A stretch of DNA of 64,000 nt from Phoronis australis (lineage: Eukaryota > Animalia > Phoronida): positions 281,182-345,181 of the forward strand of contig NMRA01000447.1 in the NCBI GenBank assembly GCA_002633005.1, given 5' to 3'. The position numbers and the translations under genes are program-made. The notes below the pieces were generated by a model that searched no databases, had not been told where the DNA came from, and worked only from the letters and a program-made list of their open reading frames with translations. Below are positions 1-12,200 of this stretch, one piece after another (within the stretch, counting starts at the first letter, position 1; the number at the start of each line of letters is the position of its first letter).

Positions 1-802
1 ATCTAGCGGTAGCAGTGAAAATCTCTCATTCCTTCTGACAATGGGCTTGTAGAAGGTCCAATCATTGCATTGACCTTTTTGTGGCAGTTTGTCACAAAAT
101 TCAATTTTGTACGTCTGTCACTACTAGCAACCATCTGAGGAGACAGTAGTTGAAAATTCACGCTTCATTTTTTTCTTTCGAATGATCAGTGATAGGATGA
201 AAGGTTTATCGTTGGTAGTCAGCGAAAACATCTGTGTGCTTAGTTTGCGCTAAAAAGAGGCTATTAACACTTTTTGAGTCGTTTTTGTAAAATACGACCA
301 TCGTGCTCAACATGACGGGATAGTTAAACTTGGTTTTCCTCGGTCAGACAAGTGTTTGCCTGTTATTTAATTAGCGAAACGCCGCAACCAGCCGCCCAGT
401 CTCTTGCCAGATAATAACCATATAACCAATGGCACAATTTGATTAGATGTTAGTTGTTTTATTATAATTTAAAGTACATATTAGATTTGTGCAGAAGGCT
501 GTACGTTCAGCACTTCACCTGAAAAAAATATCTTTTTGTGGGTCAAGTTTTTCGTTATGACTCGTTAAAACATTTTGTGTCGGTACAACTAAGGATAAAG
601 GCTGCAATATTCAAATCATCCAGGTCGAACAAAAACTCGAATTAAAAATAAAAAGACCAATTGAAACTGCAATGTCTTCATTAATTTGAGAATATACAAA
701 TGAAGAAAATGTACTCTTTTACAAACAATACCGGGTCTTAACGTGTAGCGGGAAATACCCGAGAACTAGCTGCAACTACAATCTCGCAAAAGACTATTTG
801 TG

Positions 803-1200
803 CATATGCCTACCCGGGGGCTCAACGGGCTCGAAGGAGTCCCCGATTTGGTGACGTGGGCAAAATGTCCAACTCACATTAACAAAAAGTAAGAAAAACG
901 TAGAAAATGACAATGGTCCACTATCAAGACAGGAACTACCAAAATTCGGTGAATAGACAATTCACAAGTTTGAACACAGTGGCGGATTAAGAGGTGGCCA
1001 TAAAGTTCTCTTAAATCCATTTGACAGTTCGGGGATGCAAACTTCTGACGAGCAAATTCCTGGCAAATAATCTAACCTGTCCCTCCCTAACTCGAAATCC
1101 TGGATCCACCCATGGAACGTGCCCCCTAAATCTTCCTAACTGTCCACTTTTTCAAAAATTCGAGCCCCCCTTTTGTTCGAGACCATCTTATGCAATAGTT
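803..1200 (-). mobile_element. Decayed MITE (same family as 37428-37677) with a nested MITE at 977-1114
   Basis: 803-870 matches the reverse complement of the ends at 15048 and 37677. The nested copy runs CAGTGGCGGAT...ATCCACCCATG with near-TSD gaaca/gaacg. Confidence 0.55.
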
Positions 1201-3248
1201 CATCGTTACCCTAATGAAAAAGGCACAGCGCTTATTTTTCGTTCATTTCACCACCAAATACCGAGTAGTTACCATTCGTAGTTACCATGACATTTATAAA
1301 TTCACACTTGGTTTTAGGTGCATTCCTTAAACCGCAATTTATTCACACGCTGTTTCTCTTCATGAATATACTTTTGGACACAGTTCTCCAGGAAAGTCAC
1401 AGGGTGGAGCTTGCTAAAAAATTAAATATTCATGTTAACTTTGGATCACGGGTGATTTTTACCTGTGTACATGTCTCAAATTTTAAACACTGCATATTTT
1501 CATAACACTGTCTGAAAAAGAACTTAGATTTCATAAAAATCAGTATTGATCAAGTACTGCACGTTAGTAAAAACTGCCGCTTGTTCATTTGAGTTTGTAA
1601 TGGCCACTTGATTGCAAATTCCCAAGGGTAGAGACAACCTTGGAACCCAAACCAGAAGCTAATTTTTCAACTTCGGAAATATGAGATATTTAACCTCGAT
1701 TTATGTTTTTCAAGTAGAGTACTTACATCGATCAGTTGGGAAGGTATTCATTTCCTTTTCTTGGTGTGGTTGTTTGTAAATTTTATCCCATATCGTGTTC
1801 TGTCAAATTATACCTTCTGGAGGCAGAACGTGTTTCTTCGTTAAGCGCTATTAAACAGAACTTACAACTTTTTGGTTTTCTACAAATAATACAGTGTACC
1901 AGACCCTGCATTCACTCAAGACGTTTCCTGGATCAGCTTGACATTTTTGTTGTTTGAATGGTCTTTGAATTTTTGTGGCACCAGAAAAGTTTATGTTAAC
2001 ATTCATTGTGTGATGGATTAGTTCTATTTTGTAACGTAAAATTTCGCAGCAACGAGTCTTTCCTTGTACACAAATTTGGTCCAAAATCAATAGCTTTAGC
2101 CCAAGTTCAGTCGGGAGTCTGGTCATGTCTGTAAATTCCAAAAGCTCAGAATTGTTGGCAGAATACTCGACGTGAATGTGACTTCGGGCAAGAATCTTGG
2201 CACTCTATGGCTGAGTCGATAATTCATAAACTCACACAACAATTAATCCTATCAGCAGTGTCACAGCTTGCAAAAAAATCCTATTTGATTTAAGAATCAC
2301 AAAATGATTGAGGAAGCACACATCGTTGAAAGGGCAAGGACATAATATATTCTGTCGTTTCATTGTTTACTCTGATCATACTATATTTGCACCTAGTGGC
2401 TAAGCAAAACATCTGAGGTTGTTTTCTTACCACTTTTGAACTAAGATTGTTAGCAAACGTGTGAGTGTATTCTTGGGAACTTTAATGGTGATGACTTGTG
2501 AGATTCTGGAGAAGGGTGTAATCCTAAGTTCTCTTTGCCACAGACATGAGAGATACTGCAGTACAGCTGAACTGACTGGACTATTGAGGGAGTGATCAAT
2601 TATTCTCGCGATAAGACATACGTTACTTAATTTTGTCACAAAACTCACTTTCAAATGTACAAAGCAGAAACAGATGTGGAGTGATTTTACTAATGACACT
2701 GTTGGTTTCACTTAGGTTGTGTTCACTGACTTGCCCTTTCCTACAAATATTTCCGATTTGTTAACAAATAATGATTCTCAGTTAAAGTAAAACAACACTA
2801 TCAAAGCACATTTCGGACAATCAGATCCTTGCATTCAGGTGCTTATGCGAACTTTGCTAAAGACGGTGTCAAAAGCATTGGGTCATTTTCGATTCACATG
2901 TACACAGACATTCACGTTTAATTGCATTGAACGTACTTAAAGAAAAAAGCTCGTATTGTAGTTGCCTTCTCAAAGATTAAAATGTGTCCACAAATATGCA
3001 CATTTGATGTAACTATACACTCATAAGCCGTAACATATATATTACTATATGGCGAATCTTTATCTCCGGCAATCTAGAACCCGATGGGATTTTGGAGAAT
3101 TTCAGCTTGCTGATGTACGTTACCGACATGTTACATTTTGTTATGTGGAATAAACAATTATTCTTTAACTGTACTGTTGTTATCTTGCATTAATATCTAT
3201 GTTTGTCGGTTAATCTTCATTTCAGGGTGTAGTCTGAAGATAATAGCA

Positions 3249-3295
3249 ATGTCGACTTTATCGTGTGACACCCGGTTCCGACACAAATCGGACAA
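3249..3295 (+). CDS. Possible first coding exon ([15 protein letters not shown])
   Basis: tttcag acceptor at 3225, ATG at 3249, AA|gtaagt donor; phase 2 fits the next exon. Could be 5' UTR. Confidence 0.3.
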
Positions 3296-6200
3296 GTAAG
3301 TTCACGACCCCAATCTAGGCAAGTTTAAAGTAATTGCTGACACCCCCTTACATGTAGCATGAATACAATCTGACTATTTTTTGTGTTGGAGCGTGTACTG
3401 CAGTTACTGGCACTTGCTAATTTCCCTGTGTGCCGGTAGATATCGTTTAATTTCATTTGGATTTTTTACATCGGCGCTTCTGATTGGCTGGCCGAATTCT
3501 CAGCAGGTAGCTTTTTACGCAAACAAACTGGCATGACTGATGGAGGAAGTGCAAATGTGGTCTGTTGTGCAGACAAATGGGTGCTTAAAATTTATGATTA
3601 AGGAAGTTGAATCTTTGAAAATTGTGAGTGCGTCTTTTCGGAGTGCATTTTTTACTCTCGCTGACTTCTGATTACCTTGATGTGGTATGTTCACACAGTG
3701 TGAATAAGAAACGAATTTAAATCCCGTAATTACCGATTTTGAAGTGGTATTACAATTTGGCAATCCATAATAACATGTTCAGTGGTTGATTTTTTTTCTG
3801 GCACTAATGTGTTTTCGTAGTAGCCTACTGTACAACTCTTTACATTTAATAAAATTTATGTTCATTATTTCGAATTAAACTTTTAAAATCTTGTGCACTT
3901 TTTGCAGTTTTGCATCTAGTGTCATTTTTAAGAAGGGATATTTTATTAATTTTTAGCACGGACTATATCTGTCCAAAAGAAAAGTGTCCCAGAAACAAGT
4001 ACGACGTGTTTGGAACGTACTATTACTCGAGCGTAAGTTCCAATGTTGTATTTTTTCTTAAAATACATAAAGCCCCGCAAGAGGGCGAAAACCTGCTGTT
4101 TCGTGGACAATGTTAACACTCTGGTCAAAACGGATTGAATTGGTAAATGGTGTAATCACATGTTTTAATGTTATTTTTATCTCTTTTCATTTTGACTAGA
4201 AGCGGTTTACACTTGGGATCGTTTTAATCACAAAATAGTATGAAAATCTGACGTTCACAGCTTATGTTGAAAAACAAGAGAATTACCATTTATATTCAGT
4301 TATTTATGTGGTGGAGAATTTGATTTTAAACTATGGTTTCATTTGTTTCAAGTTTAACTCATCTTCTGTTCAACAGGATTCGAGAGTGTGCCGGGCAGCA
4401 TGGCACGACGGACGTATCTTACCTTGGAGTGACAATGAGGCAGACAGAACAGTCCGCTGGACAACCTGCACACGACGTTCTATGTTTTTACTGTCATTTC
4501 GTTACGGGGCTGGGCAGACTTACGGGTAAGTTAGTCAAATGAACATTTTAAGGTCACACCGCACATCATATTCTAAAACTATTTAATTTTCCTGTTGTCC
4601 ATTTAGAGTTTTTGTTGTGACACGTTCAAAGAAGATTCCAAAGCTCCAATTTTGCCAAAATAATTTTAGAAGGTATATCATATGGACTAAAGGGTTGCTC
4701 TACAGCTTACTTTGCCATTTTATTTTTTGTGAATATAAGCACGGAAAATCCTTAGAAAAATGATTTAACCAATGTCTCGGATTTAGCTATAATGAACAGT
4801 TTACTGTAGTTTCCATACTTTGTGACGATGAATATTGCAGCACAGTTCTTCAGTATTAATCCTCAAAGCTTTTATAAAAAATGGTTGTATGTTTACCCCC
4901 CACAATAATCAGGTTATCGTATCATCACGAATGGTTGACGAACAAAATTAACATTTCCTGTTTAAAATGCTAATTTCCACAATCTGACTATTTACACCAA
5001 ATTCTAACCTCACAGGACGGTAATGACAAAGTCCAGTCTAATCAGTTTCACGAACAAACCAGTGTGTCACTCATTATATTCGTGATTCCCATACATGATG
5101 ACAAGGACATCTCTCAGGTCTCAGATCTATAAACAAATCCGTAAGGACATTAGTCGGTGTTAAATACCATATTTCAAGGATATTGAAGTACCCGAGGGAT
5201 CAGAAAGATTTCTCACTGGAATCAATGTGCCACAGACAGTAAACCTGTTTTCCACTAGCAGAGTAATTAATTAAATGATTTTGTTGTCTCTACTAGACGT
5301 ATTTTGAAAATTGTGAGACTTGAAATCTGCACTTGTCGCCACATGGTAAGTTTTCTTGTGACAAAGGTCTGCACATTAATATGAATAGACAATTCTGAAC
5401 ATAGCCTGTTACGTCGCCGGCGTCAGTGTGCATCAATTTTTGCCGGTACATTTATATGTGAATGAACTGTTGTGTTGGCCGGGTGCATTTAAATGTTCAA
5501 CCTTGGTGCGGCAGTGGAGAGCCAGTCGTGACCTGGTGCAGACGTGTCTAGAAGCTGTTTGGACACGGTGGGACGTTTGTGCCGACAATGAAGACTTGTT
5601 ACATTCAGCAGACAATGTGGGGACCGCAAACTGATGGTGTTCAAAGGAGGATGATAAAAGGAAGGCACTGGCCACAAGTGCAATGTGCATTACTTGTGTG
5701 GAATGATAAACTTGACTCTGGCTGAGTAATACTAGAGTGCTCGACCAAGTTCTGATGCTTATTTGTGTTTGTGGGTAAACGTTTTACCTTGGAAGCTTTC
5801 TTAAATACTGGTTCTTTCACCCTTGTGTTTTTCTGCTGAATTGTCTGATTAAAGTCACGTTGTGACAAACATGTCGCTTCACAAAAATGACATCATTTGT
5901 GTCGATTAGTACGAGCGCTACTTAAAGTTTTGCTTGTCGGCGCTAAATGGGGGTCTTAATGGGATCATAATTAGCATAATTTGTTAATTTCTGTAGTAAA
6001 CAAAGAGACGACACACTTGTGTTAACCAATAATACGTTTATTTAACACGTTCCAAAGTTTTTTACCACGTACCTTACACCCAATAAGTGTGAACGAACAC
6101 ATTGAAATATGGGGAGCAAATGTGTGCTCAACACTAACAACAGTGAGCAATTCCGAAATAACAAGAAAAAGAGGTTAACATATGAACCACTATCTCATTG

Positions 6201-9200
6201 TGCACCCGCCAAAATGTACGTGATAAAAACGGCATTGATAAATTTAAAGTTTGTTTTAAATGCGTTTGCTCTGTTTTCATATAACTGTTGAGTAGCGCCT
6301 AATAGGGAGATCAGGATCGCAAAATCTTTAAAAAAAAATACATAATTTTCAACAGATTTTGGCGAACCCACTTCTTGGAGATGCAAAACCTGAACGAACT
6401 TTACTTTGAATATGCTAAGCACTATATTCTAGAAATATTGCCATATTCACTATTCTTGAAAAACAGGTGAAATGCATAAAAGTATTTCATCAATTTTCAA
6501 ATTCTACGCTCTTAATAAGTTATATACGCGCATGCGCTCAAGGACTTGCCAGTAAACATTTTCCCAAGTTGTTTTGTTTTTATCAAAGGACATGTAAGCA
6601 AAATGTGTTATACCTACCTATTTCTGGCCACACGAAATAGGATGTGATTTGCCCTATGGAGAGGTGAGTATCGTCGACGATCCGTGGGTTGGAAATTTGA
6701 AACCGTATGAAAATGCTTTCAAATCAACATTGATTCAAAAACCTCATGAAAAGACTGTTAAAACTAATCAATGCGCAACTGCTCTACAGTGTGGTCTTGG
6801 CGGTGTGTGCATGCACACGTTTGAGTCTGGAGACACCTATTGCTGCAACATCAAATCAGTTTTAAACAAAAGAATATTTTAGACCTTGAAATTAGGAAGA
6901 AGTTGTTTTTATGGAAATAAAATTTTAGTAACTGGAATATTCCTCTGAAACATTTTCATCATTGTGTCGATTGGGCTGACCGTGATAATTAAGTCTGTAC
7001 TTTAGTACAAATTACAAAACATAAAATTGCTGTGACAATTTGGGCAAATACTGACAATTTAGGCCTGCTGCTTTAACCCAGGTTGTCACATTTTTGAAGT
7101 TGAAACAGTTTGTGACATTGTAGCAAATTGGACCTTGCGTATGATACTCCCATTCGTAGTTAGGTAACTAACTCAGCGGGTTTTAACTTTGTAGTTCCGT
7201 GTTTCATCTACCGAAATTTCCAGGTACTTTAAGCCTGTAGCCACCGAAAATGACGGCACATGTACATGTATATAGCGAATCAACACATATGAGTACATCC
7301 AGCTCCCCAACGGACAACATACAGAATGATTCATGATAAAGTGACTCTGCTGGAATAATTCTCCAGTACCGTGACTTCTAAAACTACTTCCGGCGAACGC
7401 GTCTCCTTGTCGAATTCATAAAGTCAGAGTTTTCCAATATTCCAGCGATACAACTTGCAAGAATATCACCCTGATAGGTGATCAACCTCGAACCAGCACG
7501 ACGGAAACAGAACCATTAAAATACCTCTTATTCACTTGGTGAAGAAAACTTTTGTGATGTGACAAGCCATAGCATTTTACGAACTTGTGTTTCCAAAGCA
7601 ACTAGTTAAGTGAAACCGTTTTCTTCATTTGTCCCGGTACTTTAATATTGGTTGAAAGCATATAAAAATTTAAATTGTGTTTTCAAAAACACAGAGAAAA
7701 TTTCACATGTGAAGAGAGTTAAGCGTTGGTTGTTTTTTGTTAAACTTGACCACTAAAACCTTAACCGCATGACCGACAATGTGCATCTCTGACAACAGTA
7801 CCAAGTGGCGAACCTTGTAGAGAGATTATCTTGTCGACAAGAGACAAACCGGAGGTCGAAAAGCTACCAGCTTAAGAGCAGAGAGACCAGTTATTGGGGT
7901 GTGGCTGGGTATTTCTGAGCACGGTGGATTTGCGATTGTCTCTGTTAAGGCTGATGCTTTGGAATCGGCGTAATGGCACTGCAAGTCGGAGAATTGATGA
8001 GCAGTGTGCGTCAAAACGTTTGGCAGGCTGCCGGAAAACGTTAAGTTCCCTTGCAGATTTATAAAATCATTTTTTCCGTAGTAAGATGAAATTATAAATG
8101 TTATTTAATAATTGGAAGAAACGTTGAATGATCATGGACTTTTTATTTGTGCGGCGATTGTCCATTCTTAAATCTTGACAGATTTATCAAACACTTTGAG
8201 AAAATACATCGGTTCGGAATAACACGTACAGCTGTATGTCGCAATGGTTGAGCTGGTTACATTAGTTAAAGATTCCTCATAATCCTGGAGACAAAAGAAA
8301 ACTACAGTCTTGTGTGTACAATTTCCGTTGTAACGGACTTCCAGTTTAATGAGATTTTGGGCAATACTGGTGATTTTATTCGTTAACTTGTGGTTATGTA
8401 ACAATGGGAAACAATCATTTTTGAACACGAAAAAGACTCATTTGCTGTGAGTTGCTATAAAAAAACTCATGCTGATGTAGAAGTGTTTTAGTAGCGCCAC
8501 TTCTGCCCTTTTGTTTGTAATTCGTTTGGATGCCGAAGGCAATCGTATACATCAACCTGCTAATCAGAGTTGTTGCTTTGTTACGTACGCACAGTTTTGG
8601 TAGCTCCTGGTTTGGACTGCCCAGCAGTTGCTGAATATCGCTGAGTGAAACTGGTTCAGAAAATCACTGACCAAAAATCCACTAAATAATGACAAATTCC
8701 GAACTGGGAACGCATCTCGCATCCCCGAGGTGTATCACGGCGTCACATACAGCCAGCTCTGTGGTACCCACTTGTTGGATTGTCAAATAGATGCAAAATA
8801 ACAGTAACCCGTTCAATGAAGACTTCTGCAAAGCATTATATTCTTCCATCACTCATGTACTTCCTCCTTGCAGGTATGCATACCCTTGGGACTGCAAGAA
8901 ATTTGTGTCGGAGCGAAAGTTTGGACAGTAACTTAACTTGGTTGTTTTATAATTATGTTTTTTAGATGAATGTTCTGTGTTCGTTATCGTTAGATTAAGA
9001 AATCATCCATGCAATCCGCAACTGAATCATGAATAACGAATATACTTTTAAATTTACCTTGATGCTGGCTTGTAACGTTCATTAATAGTTTGTACAATAT
9101 AGCCGGATGTCTCTTCAGTGTTTGCAATATATTTCAGAATCCCTCTACCGTCTCAGCACACTTTCTTCAGTGGGATCTGGGACTGTCCGCGTGTATGGCG

Positions 9201-12200
9201 GAAATAACGTTGACCTGGCCACTGACGTCATATCAGCCAGCGTGTATGACACTACAGACTCCACAGCTTCACCACCTACACAAGTACTCCCCGGCAATGC
9301 CCTAGAATATAAAGAGTATCGCATACACACTGGTGTTAATGTCTTCACGACTTCTGGGAACAAAACAAACTTGTATTCCAGAATCGTGAATATTAATTAC
9401 GGTACATTTAACTAATACTCTATCTTAACAAAACTGAAGTTTAAGCATCCTCAGGTTTACAATTATGTAGCGGGCCCGTAAGATAACTACATATGTACAC
9501 GTTTACTTTCTGCCATAAATATAAGGGTCTCTCACCGCTTGGTCAAATCAGAAACACAAGCTATAGCAGGGCTGTGCGCTGAAAATGTCCAAATGTCTTT
9601 AAGAACGAGTATTGTATCAAAAATGATCCACTGTAAATCGATAACTGTGTCTATTAAGTATCGTGACGTGGTGCTGATGAGGAACACTGCATGATGCGCG
9701 CTATGCGAATCCCTAAGGTACGTCATTACTGCAAGGGTCACCTATTTGCATTTTTTGTTTTCACATTTACAAGTTGTCAATGAATACACCCGTAATCGTT
9801 GACAGTGGATGATGGTCAAACAGCATTGTCGATCCTGCTCTACATTAACATAGATAGGAGAATGCTTATACATGTATATGTAAATGTTGGGTTGAAGTTA
9901 CATCCTGATCTGGTTGTTCCGCAATGTTGAAGAGGTTACACAAAAATTTGTTTTTTGTAACAAATTATGGAGGTTCATCACAAGTTTGACTCAAATTATC
10001 AATGACTTTCATCAAAGTTCTGACTTGTATTTGGTCGTTACCTACTGCAAATGTACAAAATTGTTAGTTGTCACCGACCTAGTTTTTTGCGTTACGGGCG
10101 CCTAAGTAATGGCCCCTTTGGTGGAAAATTGTAAAATTTTCATAGTTTTTTTAAGAAGATGCGTCTCATTAAATTCCGTAGTATTTCTTGGTTTATAGAT
10201 TTTTTTATGCTGGCGTAAGGGATTTTATTATTTTTTTTATTTTGAACACCTCTTGTTTTGGCTTATACACAAAAAGTTCCGCGGTTATTTCTGTGGTTTA
10301 TTTATTCATACTCATCGTGTTTTGTATTAAATACGAACACAGTTCAGGGTCGCTGACAGCAGTTCCTGAGATACATTTCACAGGAAACAACATCAGAAAA
10401 ATTAGCAATTTAACTCTCTTAAGAGCACGCCTAGTCAGTCCTTTGCAGCACTTTGATAGGTGGTGATTGCTTTATGTTGTTGGGATTCTAACTTGTTAAA
10501 TCCATAGGGCAATCTAGGACAATAACTTTCTTCTTTAAAAAATTCAACATTAGGGTTTGAATTAAGTCACACTTGGACCCGCGATATCACATTGAAACCA
10601 AATTGAAAATGTTCTTGACATTTCCCATTCTGTCTTAACATAAAACCGACATTGGCTTTTATTATTCTATGCTCAATTTCACCATGGCTTGTTGAATTTG
10701 GAGACTGTTCGTCGGCACGTCTGTTCATGTCCGCTGATACCTGTGATCAACGTTACTATTTCCGTTTAGGTAACATCGCACTCTCTGGAGCTGATCAGTC
10801 GTCGACACTGAAGCTTGTAAATTCTTCGTCGTTGACTTGGACTGCTGAAGCCGCGAAGGCCATTGACGGCAGCAGGTCTACAGACTTCATGAAGGGAACG
10901 TCATGTTCTCACACTTTAAAGAGAAACAACTTGCAAAATCCGTGGTTGAGGGTTGCGCTAAATAGAATGCACAGCGTACGCGGCATTGAAGTGACGAGCA
11001 GAAATGGTTCACGTGAGTTTCAATGACTGGAATTATATTGTTTTACTACACCAAAACTAGAAGCAATACCGATTGCATGAATACATGGTAATAAGTCGGG
11101 TGTACAAAAATGTTCTCAAACATCAGTTCTCTTAAGGAGAATTTAAACGAGTCTTTTAGCTTATCACTGGAAGTGTAATTACTTCGGTCCTGAAACTTAA
11201 ACTTCACTTTTGAAGTGACCGCAATGGTATAATAGAACGGTCCTGGATTACGCAGCGTTCTTGAATTCCTGGTACTTACGACATTGCAAAATCTGTCAAC
11301 TGACTTGTATTCGTGTCATTGGAGTTTCTCATGTTATTAGTTGGTGCCTTACTCGTCCATGTTAGCTGTGTTCCACCTTATAATGGTAGCCAACTTTTAC
11401 TTTTGTGCTGTGTGATGCAACTCTCGACGGCAGAAATTAGCATGCATTTGAAAAGTATAAGGGTACTCGATATTTTACAGCGTGGTTCCTGATATCAGGT
11501 GGAGATTTTTGTAAATGAGGCCAGTGTATCAACAGGTTTTAATATCAACTGGAAAAATAGTTCTCTGTATGACAGCCCTTTTAGATCCGCATCCACTAAT
11601 TGGGGTTTGCCGGTATTTTTTCTAATATCGTGAAAAACTTGGAATTTGTTCCGTAACGCTTTCCATCACGGTTAGAATGACAACTGAACTTGTGGTCATG
11701 TATCCAATTTTTAGATGATTGCAAGAACACGCAACTAGGTAAAGACTACATGGGGACAGTCAACCAAGACAACGCAGGCCACACATGTAGAAAGTGGAAC
11801 GATTCGAGACGGCCTCATCTACATGCACTAGAAAATTATTGTCGGAATCCCGATGCCAAGTCAGGTGGACCGTGGTGTTTTCACGCAGTTGGCGTCTGGG
11901 GCTATTGTGATGTTAGCCTGTGTTCAGGTATGGAATTGGCTTGCTGCTACTTATCAAGGTGTAATCACGGACTACCGCACGGACTCTGCTGTCTCTTCTA
12001 CTCTTGTCAAGTTTCTTATTTGCTGATTTAAACGTAGAAGTCTATCCTTGTAACGCCATCTCTCGCACATGATTAATGTGTTATATTGTTAGAACTTGCG
12101 ACCTCGAGATTAGCCGCAAGAGTTTGCACTGGAAATTTCCAGCTACCTGTTCTACTGAGTTATGGTCGAATATAGTAGTTGTCAAATCAAGTCTAATCTC

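Noticed and set aside
5400-6060. GC-richer, coding-like segment with overlapping short ORFs
   Set aside because: No recognisable motif or splice-consistent exon; probably an old TE relic.
1021-9000. Many 60-96 aa ORFs in the supplied track
   Set aside because: Mostly non-ATG starts with random composition; these are chance ORFs in intronic or intergenic DNA.
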